From Planctomycetota bacterium (GTDB taxonomy: Bacteria > Planctomycetota > GCA-002687715 > DRQF01), in contig JALTLO010000098.1 of NCBI GenBank assembly GCA_027001995.1, positions 1 through 10,725 of the forward strand: a stretch of 10,725 nt of DNA, read 5' to 3'. Positions 1-6,385 of the stretch are shown in pieces. A program made the position numbers and the translations under genes. The notes below the pieces were generated by a model. It searched no databases and had not been told where the DNA came from. It worked only from the letters and a program-made list of their open reading frames with translations. Within the stretch, counting starts at the first letter, position 1, and the number at the start of each line of letters is the position of its first letter.

Positions 1-851
1 TCAACGACCTTGCCTTTCAAGGAGAACCCGGGAATCAACTTGAAAACCATCTCCTGGGATCGATCTGCCGTGGCCCAGAAATCGTTGTCTGGTTTGAGGT
101 ATAACCATTGATAGGACCCATGCTCGAAATAGGCGGTGATGTCGCCTCGGGGGACGCCCTTGATGACAAAAGTGCCGTCTGAATTTGAATGGAAACGACG
201 GCGCCACCGACGATATTCGTGGAGGGATTTCCCTGGCACCATCATGCTCCAGTCGCAGAACACCTTGCCTTCGATGGGTTTCATGGTGACCGCATCCACC
301 AGGCGTCCTCGGATGATGTCTCCGGGCTCGAGTTTGGCATCAACAATCATGCCTGCTCCGACGGCGTCTTTCAGAACCTCCGAATATCCTTCTTTTTCGA
401 TCCGCATGGAAAAGTAGGGGCCCGGAGTCTGGCTCAGATCAGCAAACAAATAGCGGCCGTCCTTGTCTGTCACCACCTTCTCTTGAACGATCTCTTCGTG
501 CTGATTCAAGAGGCGGCCAGTTCTTGGGGGCTGAACATAGGAATAGCGAAAAATGGAGACGGATGCCCCAGCGATTGCTTCTCCCCCCGTGGTGGTGACT
601 TTGCCCATCAGTTGATCTTTGGGACCCACTTCTGCGGGAACGCTCTTAGTGGCCTTTGACGGTGCAATAGCACTGACACCAGAAGAGTTGGGAGGTGTTT
701 TTGTTGTAGGTTCTTCGACAGTATCCAAGGGAATGTCCCGTACTTCGACATTCCTTTGTTCGCCTGGGTCGTCTTGGAAATGAGTAAGAACGAAGTAGCC
801 TGCAACGCCCAACAAGGCCAAGAACACGATCACAACAAGTTTCTTTTCCAT
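1..851 (-). CDS. Membrane-anchored carboxypeptidase-regulatory-like (beta-sandwich repeat) domain protein, 3'-truncated by the window edge
   Basis: Not in the ORF track because it has no stop in the window. Manual translation from ATG at 851 (SD-like AAAGGTGG just upstream) gives 283 codons: MEKKLVVIVFLALLGVAGYFVL (N-terminal anchor), a Pro/Thr/Ser linker, then repeats LMGKVTTTGGEAIAGASVSI..VVTDKDGRYLFADL, IRGRLVDAVTMKPIEG..SNSDGTFVIKGVPRG, and a third starting LKGKVV. The G-x-V-x-D..P-I-x-G-A and T-D-x-x-G-x-F patterns are typical of CarboxypepD_reg-like repeats. Confidence 0.85.
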   Translation of the reverse strand, partial: MEKKLVVIVFLALLGVAGYFVLTHFQDDPGEQRNVEVRDIPLDTVEEPTTKTPPNSSGVSAIAPSKATKSVPAEVGPKDQLMGKVTTTGGEAIAGASVSIFRYSYVQPPRTGRLLNQHEEIVQEKVVTDKDGRYLFADLSQTPGPYFSMRIEKEGYSEVLKDAVGAGMIVDAKLEPGDIIRGRLVDAVTMKPIEGKVFCDWSMMVPGKSLHEYRRWRRRFHSNSDGTFVIKGVPRGDITAYFEHGSYQWLYLKPDNDFWATADRSQEMVFKLIPGFSLKGKVV

Positions 852-1032
852 ATCCCACCTTTAATTCGAAACCCAAGCCCATCGAAGACAGCCCTTGCCG
901 CCTTCCCCGCCCAAGTATCTCGTTCTTTACCGTCGTATGCGCTCTTCTCTGTGAGTCAGAATAGCGTAAACCGTCGCTCTCTCCAAAGATCGGCCCATTT
1001 GCGTCAGAATTGGAGCCCAAGGCTGGAAAGAG

Positions 1033-3198
1033 TCAATTCGTCTCAACTTTGCGGCCAAAAACCATGAGAATCCCCACCAAGACGACGAGCCCAACAGGCA
1101 AACAGATCATGGGTGATATTCCGAATCCGGCAGGAATATACCCACAGAGAAGAGCCACCAGGGCCACCGTCAAGGCATAGGGCATTTGGGTACGAACATG
1201 ATCCATGTGGTCTGCACCAGATGCCATGGAGGACATGATGGTCGTATCTGAAATCGGAGAACAATGATCGCCAAACACGGCTCCTGCCAGGACTGCGCCG
1301 ACACTGGACGCCAAGACGGCACGCACCTCTGGTTGTCCCAAACCTTGGTCTGTGGCCATCCCCACAGCGTAGTCAATGGTCAAAGGAATCAAGATCCCCA
1401 TGGTCCCCCAAGAGGTCCCGGTAGAGAACCCAACAACCGCGGCCAAGACAAAAACCGCGGCCGGCAGAAAATTCAGAGTGAAGGAAACATGATGAATCAG
1501 AAACTGGGATGTATTGAGTCTTTCGCAGACGCTTTGAAGACTCCAGGCTAAAATGAGGATCAAGGCTGCGGGCACCATAGCCTTGATCCCGGCCGTGGCC
1601 ACATCCACAACTTCTCTGAGGGGCAAAAGCTTCTGAGACATGGCCAACAAAGCCGCAACGAGGACTCCCAGAGCAGATGCAAGAAGCAGTGCATTGTAAC
1701 TGTCCGCCGCTCCAAAAATCGATCTCAGAGGCGGGTTCTCCAAGGTTGCGAGTTTCATCTTTGCTGCTGCCACGTCCGTCGCCGGCGCACCGTTCTCTAC
1801 CAAGGTCACAATTTTCGCGCTCAAATCACTGGCAGCCTCGCCGATCGAGTCTGACCCGGTACTATAAAGCATGACAACAACGGTAAAAATCACACAGCCA
1901 ATGGGCAAGACCGCATTGTACCAGTGCAAACGGCTCGGATCTGCGGGTTCCAGCTCGTCCATTTCTTTTGAACTCAAAGGGCTGGCCCCGTCGGCCAACA
2001 ACTTGCCATCAAGTCGAGCCCTTTGCTCAGCCTTGAGCATGGGGCCAAAATCACGCCCCAAGAGGCAAACCATGAGACCAAAGAACAAGCAGAGAAAGGG
2101 ATAGAAATTGTAAGGGATGGTCGACAAGAACACTTCGTAGGCACCGGAGGGTTCTAAGCCTGTGGCCGCCTGAACTGAATCTGTTCCAAGCTTCCCTTCG
2201 ATGTAGCCAATCTCCGCAGCAATCCAGGTGGAAATAATGAAGACGCAAGCCACAGGGGCGGAAGTCGCATCTACCAAGAACGAGAGTTTCTCACGGCTCA
2301 CACGAAAACGATCAGTGACCGGTCGCATGGTATTGCCGACCAAGAGTGCATTGGCATAGTCGTCGAAGAAAATCAGAATACCCGCTAACCATGTCGTGAT
2401 TTGGGCCCCCCGCGGAGTTTTGCCAAAACGTGTCATCAAGGATACCAGAGCCTGTGTCCCTCCCATCCGCGCCACCAAAGCGACAACAGAACCCAGGAGA
2501 CAGGAAAAAATCAGAATCTTGATGCGTGAGGAATCGAGAGATCCCGGAATTACCTCAGTCACAGTCTGCAAGAAACCGCCCCAGCTTTCGCCGGTAATCG
2601 ACCACATGCCAATCCAAACACCAGCAAATAGAGCTACCAAAACTTGGCGAGTCAAGATTGCCAAGAAAATTGCTATCAAAGGTGGAATGATCGCAGCCCA
2701 AGGAAAGATGGTCCCTTCCACCACCTCAAAATGTTTTTCTTCTTGGACGACCACCACAGCATCGGCCACAAGGACCACGCTCGACAATGTCAAGGTTCCG
2801 CCATCGGCGGTGAAACTGACTTGTCCCACCGCGCCACCATAGACGCGGTCCACTTCGGTTCGAAGATTCCCCTGATCTACCTGGTAGCGCTCTCCACTTT
2901 CCGTCCTCGGTCGCTTGGGAATGCCAACGAAGTTGCCACCGTCAGGGTCCGCGAGTCCTTCCAGTCTGAGGCCCTCTTTGGTCCAATCGAATGAGGAAAG
3001 GACCTCACCCCGGGCGTCCAAGGCCTGCAAGACCAAAGTGCAAGGAGCATCTCGCACAGCCGACACTTCGCCACTCACTTCTGCCCTGAACCCATCAGCA
3101 TCCTGAGCACTGAGGGAAGTGACGAAAAAAAGTCCGAAACAGAGCCAGGACAAACAAATGCCATCCAGTCTTGGGAATTTTTGTGATCTCATGGTCAA
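1033..3198 (-). CDS. Na+/H+ antiporter NhaC family transporter with N-terminal extracytoplasmic extension
   Basis: 721 aa polytopic membrane protein with family motifs IFFDDYAN, SREKLSFLVDATSAP, FSTGTSWGT and GAVFGDHCSPISDTTIMSS..DHVRTQMPYA. Start is either TTG 3198 (AAGGGA 8 nt upstream) or ATG 3192. Substrate cannot be assigned from sequence. Confidence 0.93.
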   Translation of the reverse strand: MTMRSQKFPRLDGICLSWLCFGLFFVTSLSAQDADGFRAEVSGEVSAVRDAPCTLVLQALDARGEVLSSFDWTKEGLRLEGLADPDGGNFVGIPKRPRTESGERYQVDQGNLRTEVDRVYGGAVGQVSFTADGGTLTLSSVVLVADAVVVVQEEKHFEVVEGTIFPWAAIIPPLIAIFLAILTRQVLVALFAGVWIGMWSITGESWGGFLQTVTEVIPGSLDSSRIKILIFSCLLGSVVALVARMGGTQALVSLMTRFGKTPRGAQITTWLAGILIFFDDYANALLVGNTMRPVTDRFRVSREKLSFLVDATSAPVACVFIISTWIAAEIGYIEGKLGTDSVQAATGLEPSGAYEVFLSTIPYNFYPFLCLFFGLMVCLLGRDFGPMLKAEQRARLDGKLLADGASPLSSKEMDELEPADPSRLHWYNAVLPIGCVIFTVVVMLYSTGSDSIGEAASDLSAKIVTLVENGAPATDVAAAKMKLATLENPPLRSIFGAADSYNALLLASALGVLVAALLAMSQKLLPLREVVDVATAGIKAMVPAALILILAWSLQSVCERLNTSQFLIHHVSFTLNFLPAAVFVLAAVVGFSTGTSWGTMGILIPLTIDYAVGMATDQGLGQPEVRAVLASSVGAVLAGAVFGDHCSPISDTTIMSSMASGADHMDHVRTQMPYALTVALVALLCGYIPAGFGISPMICLPVGLVVLVGILMVFGRKVETN

Positions 3199-3262
3199 TT
3201 AAGTCGTCCCTTTTTCTGATGAGCCACATTCAAGGCCCTTGGCCCTCTTTCGTCAACCATGA

Positions 3263-3388
3263 TTCTGCTGGATACTTCTTCTTCCTTAAGGAATAATGGA
3301 ATGAGAAGATCTTCTCTATATCTGAGCAAACAGCTGATCGCACCGGGGCTCTATGGTTCCGATCCAGTCGTTCCCGGCCAGCAGAAAA
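3263..3388 (-). ncRNA. Candidate structured cis-regulatory leader (unassigned family) or operator cluster upstream of the NhaC gene
   Basis: A 9 bp inverted repeat TTCTGCTGG (3263-3271) / CCAGCAGAA (3378-3386) encloses nested stems: CCGGG/CCCGG (3343-3347 / 3373-3377) and perfect palindromes GAGAAGATCTTCTC (3303-3316) and TTCCTTAAGGAA (3282-3293). I do not recognise a known Rfam family. Confidence 0.35.
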
Positions 3389-3401
3389 GCACAAGAATTG
3401 A

Positions 3402-3407
3402 AGTATA
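3402..3407 (-). promoter_or_regulatory. Putative sigma70-type -10 element (TATACT) oriented toward the NhaC gene
   Basis: Minus-strand TATACT, 5/6 match to TATAAT. It would place a start near 3395, about 10 nt before the structured element. No convincing -35. Confidence 0.3.
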
Positions 3408-3412
3408 CCGCC

Positions 3413-4300
3413 ATGCAAAAATGTCCACAGATGACGTTCCTCATCGTTCTTTTCCTCTCCTTTGTCGAAATAGTCCACGGACAAGGAACTCAAGTCAACA
3501 CCATGCTCAATGACGTAGAGAATATGTCAAAAGCCACGAGCAGTATGCGCAGGACCTACATTGAAACAGCCTTAGAGGAAATGGGATTGCCTTACCAGCG
3601 CCGTCCGTGGCAAGCAAGCACCGTCAATGGGGTCAATCTCGAAGTGCGTCTGGGTAAGAAAAACGCCCCACCCCTTGTCCTCGCCGCCCATTTTGACGTG
3701 CGCAAGAAATCTCGAGGGGCCAACAACAACGCCTCAGGCTGCGCCGTACTCTTAGAACTCATCCGCCACATCAGCCATGCTGAAGTCTTGGAAGACCTGC
3801 CCATTCTCTTTCTTTTCTTGGATGGCAGCGAATCCCGCTTCGCAGGAAGTTTCGCTTTCGGAGAAAGACATGTGGGCGAACACTTCTGCGGTGTTATCAA
3901 TTTTGATCTTTGTGGTACCGGCGACACAGTCATCTTTGGGCCGACCGAAGGAACTGTAGCCAATGCCGTAGCAAGGTGGGCAAGAAAAACGGCACAGAGC
4001 GCTGACCACCCGGCTGAGGGATTTCAACGGTTCATGCCGGGTGACCACCGATCATTTGCCAAGTATGGGCTCGATTGCTTGACAATATCGATGGCACCCA
4101 AAAAAGACATCATGTCTCTAAGAAAGCGCTTTGAGCGGAGAGACCGGGGTACCGTTCTGCCAGCATTCTTGAACAATGCAATCCGTGGACAAGATCAGCT
4201 TAAGAGCGTGACCTCAGGTGCCTTAGAAAAGGCCAAAAGCTTCGGCCTGGCCTTAGTTCAGTCATCTTGGCACCAGGCATCACCGGCAATCCTGCAGTGA
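3413..4300 (+). CDS. Secreted M28 family (aminopeptidase/glutaminyl-cyclase fold) protein, probably catalytically inactive
   Basis: Motifs NLEVRL, VLAAHFD, GANNNASGCAVLLEL, FLDGSE..GS, VINFD and GDH follow M28 order and spacing. Signal-peptide-like N-terminus MQKCPQMTFLIVLFLSFVEIVHG-Q favours ATG 3413 (or 3431) over the track start at 3353. Confidence 0.85.
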   Translation: MQKCPQMTFLIVLFLSFVEIVHGQGTQVNTMLNDVENMSKATSSMRRTYIETALEEMGLPYQRRPWQASTVNGVNLEVRLGKKNAPPLVLAAHFDVRKKSRGANNNASGCAVLLELIRHISHAEVLEDLPILFLFLDGSESRFAGSFAFGERHVGEHFCGVINFDLCGTGDTVIFGPTEGTVANAVARWARKTAQSADHPAEGFQRFMPGDHRSFAKYGLDCLTISMAPKKDIMSLRKRFERRDRGTVLPAFLNNAIRGQDQLKSVTSGALEKAKSFGLALVQSSWHQASPAILQ

Positions 4301-4617
4301 GCGACCTCAAAACCAAACAAAGAGAATTTATAGAACTACTGGAAACTGGAAAGTTTGCTGACCAAAGAAACGCTTGCGGTGAAATGGGAATCAACGGAGT
4401 GCTCACCTTCATGACCAAAAAAGGGTTCAAGAACCTTGAAGTTAAGGAACAGTTCAAGAAGTTGGTTCCCCGCTTGTTCAGCGGCAAAGAGCTGAGAAAC
4501 GCCATGGAGGAGTTTGTCGCATCTGGCAAGTGTGCACCCAACAGCGCTTTAGATCAAATTAAGTCCCACATCTGTTGGGACAAAAATAGGAAACTTTTTC
4601 ATCTCATGAAACCCTGA
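4297..4617 (+). CDS. Hypothetical protein, 106 aa, possibly with an N-terminal helix-turn-helix
   Basis: GTG at 4297-4299 overlaps the upstream TGA at 4298-4300 (GTGA coupling). It fills the gap before the PilZ gene and has soluble-protein-like composition (MSDLKTKQREFIELLETGKF..). Confidence 0.7.
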   Translation: MSDLKTKQREFIELLETGKFADQRNACGEMGINGVLTFMTKKGFKNLEVKEQFKKLVPRLFSGKELRNAMEEFVASGKCAPNSALDQIKSHICWDKNRKLFHLMKP

Positions 4618-4668
4618 GACGGTGACAAGGAGGTGTTTCCCCCTCTATCGCTGGTTTCCGATTCAGAT

Positions 4669-4697
4669 TTAAGATTGCTCTCCCCGCGTGTCGATAA
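4669..4697 (+). promoter_or_regulatory. Putative sigma28 (FliA/SigD)-type promoter
   Basis: TTAAG (4669-4673), 16 nt spacer, GTCGATAA (4690-4697), versus consensus TAAA-N15/16-GCCGATAA. It ends 33 nt upstream of the PilZ ATG, with SD-like AAAGGG in between. Confidence 0.55.
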
Positions 4698-4730
4698 GAA
4701 CTCCGGAAAGACCATAGAAAGGGCAATGGG

Positions 4731-5123
4731 ATGAGCCGACCCAAGACAAATACAACCAGCAGACGGGAATTCCCCAGAATCAGCCAAGCTTGTCCACTCA
4801 AGTTCCAAGAACTTGACGATGTCCCCGTGGGTGTGACCAGCCCGGATTCTCCTGAATCCGCGGTCATGAACAACATCTCAGGAGGAGGAATCTCCTTCAC
4901 CAATGGGAAAGCCCTCCCAGAAGGTCAAATGCTCGCTCTGGAGATGGAACTTCCTGGTTTTCCCACATCCGTCATATCTATGGGCAAGGTTGTTTGGTGT
5001 CGCGATGCTGAGGGATCACCTGGACAGTTCGAAATCGGCGTAGAATTCTGGTGGGTAGGCTGGCGGGACAATGAAACTCAACAACGAGTCTCCGACTTCA
5101 TCACCAAGTCAATTGACGACTAA
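4731..5123 (+). CDS. Stand-alone PilZ domain protein (c-di-GMP receptor)
   Basis: Both c-di-GMP binding motifs are intact: RxxxR (RREFPR) and (D/N)xSxxG (NISGGG), followed by the typical GKVVW..IGVEF beta-barrel segment and a C-terminal helix. Confidence 0.93.
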   Translation: MSRPKTNTTSRREFPRISQACPLKFQELDDVPVGVTSPDSPESAVMNNISGGGISFTNGKALPEGQMLALEMELPGFPTSVISMGKVVWCRDAEGSPGQFEIGVEFWWVGWRDNETQQRVSDFITKSIDD

Positions 5124-6271
5124 CCCAAATAGAGAGATTCTAAGTCACCGACCAACCGCTCTTCACCAAATCTACGGTGAAGTATCTCACGAGTTTGGCG
5201 CAAATGATTGGAGCTGGGAGGGCCCGTTTCTAACTGGGCCACAATGCCCTTGGCTAATGTCATTTCCGCTCCCGACTTAACCAGTTGACAGCCTGGGAAT
5301 TCCCCAATGGTATCCCGTATGCCCCCCACATCAAAAGCGGCCACTTGGGCACCACAATAGAGGGCTTCAATGAGAGACAAGGGCGTTCCTTCATTGATCG
5401 AGGTCGAAACACAAACATCTGCAAGTCCCAAGATCGAAGCAATGTCCCCGCGGTAGCCCAACCAACGCACCCACGATCGTAGATTCAGCTCATCAACTTG
5501 ATCATGTAACCCCTCCTCGAATTCATCTGCTCCACCACCCACCATCAAAGCCACGACATTCTCTTTGGACATCTCTTTCACATGCCCAAGGACCCTGAGG
5601 AAAGAGGAAGGATTCTTCACTTCTGTCAACCTACCCAAGAACACCAGGACACGCTGGCACGTCAACCCCAACTCAGAGCGCAACTGAGACGGAGAAGACG
5701 GGGCCAAAGATAATTTCGTCAAGTCTATGGCCGGTGGCACCAAAATCATCTTGTCCCCAGCGGATGGACCCAGAACTTCTCCAATCTCCCGTTCTTGACT
5801 GGGTGACTGAACAATAAGAGCAGAGCTTTGAGCCGCCGCCCGCCGCTCAGCCCATCGCACCCAGCTTTGCATCGGCCAACGCCAATAGCCAGAAAATGTA
5901 TGGCCATGAAAAGTATGGACAAAACGGCAAAAGGAGAATCTGGCAGCAAGAGAACGAGCGAGGAATCCGGCTTTGGCTTGATGGGTATGGACTATGTCAG
6001 GGCGATACTCAGCAATAATCTGAGCTAACTGACGACGAGCAAGGTAATCCCGCAAAGGAGAAACCGCCCGGTGAAGAGAAGGGATTCTGGCATCAATATG
6101 AGGGACGCAGGAAGCAAGTTCTTCTTCCCCTGGCGGAATGACCCCAACGACAAGCTTTTGCTCAAACTTGTTTTCGTCAAGCCCTTCCATCAAGAGCTTC
6201 ACGTGCCGACTCGGACCACCGATGTTCAGTCGAGTCATGACCCTTAAGATCTTGATTTTCTCTGCCACCAT
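5120..6271 (-). CDS. Glycosyltransferase family 4 (GT-B fold)
   Basis: N-terminal ILRVMTRLNIGGPSRHV, PDIVHTHQAKAG, VHTFHGH, FLGRLTEVKNP and the ExxxxxxxE motif NEGTPLSLIEA..DVGG. Start placed at ATG 6271 (GGGGA upstream), which avoids overlap with the divergent helicase gene. Its stop overlaps the PilZ stop (5120-5123). Confidence 0.93.
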   Translation of the reverse strand: MVAEKIKILRVMTRLNIGGPSRHVKLLMEGLDENKFEQKLVVGVIPPGEEELASCVPHIDARIPSLHRAVSPLRDYLARRQLAQIIAEYRPDIVHTHQAKAGFLARSLAARFSFCRFVHTFHGHTFSGYWRWPMQSWVRWAERRAAAQSSALIVQSPSQEREIGEVLGPSAGDKMILVPPAIDLTKLSLAPSSPSQLRSELGLTCQRVLVFLGRLTEVKNPSSFLRVLGHVKEMSKENVVALMVGGGADEFEEGLHDQVDELNLRSWVRWLGYRGDIASILGLADVCVSTSINEGTPLSLIEALYCGAQVAAFDVGGIRDTIGEFPGCQLVKSGAEMTLAKGIVAQLETGPPSSNHLRQTREILHRRFGEERLVGDLESLYLG

Positions 6272-6372
6272 AATCCAATCTTCCCCACGGTCGGGGTGAA
6301 CGAATAGGCCCCCATCATCAGGATGGCTAGACAAAAAACAGCAAGCCCCTCCGAGAAGTCCCTTTCAGGCAG

Positions 6373-6378
6373 TATCCT
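6373..6378 (+). promoter_or_regulatory. Putative -10 element (TATCCT) of a leaderless helicase transcript
   Basis: TANNNT hexamer 7 nt before ATG 6386, with no Shine-Dalgarno-like sequence in front of that ATG. Confidence 0.4.
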
Positions 6379-6385
6379 ATGCACC

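Noticed and set aside
136..1067. Track ORFs 1-207, 136-417, 189-659, 608-805, 646-1020 and 756-1067
   Set aside because: They are antisense or out-of-frame shadows of the minus-strand gene starting at 851 and show no recognisable motifs.
1043..3106. Many 60-150 aa ORFs inside the NhaC gene
   Set aside because: Fully nested in a well-supported CDS; typical shadow frames.
3263..3388. Assignment of the structured region to a lysine or SAM-I riboswitch, T-box, tRNA or SRP RNA
   Set aside because: I could not find the conserved signature sequences of these families on either strand by eye.
3230..3513. ORFs 3230-3493 (-) and 3259-3513 (+) as leader peptides or small genes
   Set aside because: Both overlap the M28-like gene start, lack a clear SD and have no motif or amino acid run suggesting attenuation.
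4621..4658. Imperfect hairpin GGTGA..GGAGG / CCCCCT..TCGCT after the 106 aa ORF as an intrinsic terminator
   Set aside because: Several mismatches and G-U pairs, and only a 3 nt T tract.
4731..6271. PilZ plus glycosyltransferase as a c-di-GMP-activated polysaccharide synthase module (BcsA or Alg44-like)
   Set aside because: The genes are convergent, the enzyme is a soluble GT4 rather than a processive GT2, and no export genes are present.
6323..6334. Head-to-head overlap of the GT4 and recD2 ORFs in the track
   Set aside because: An artefact of longest-ORF start choice; internal ATGs at 6271 and 6386 match the family N-termini.
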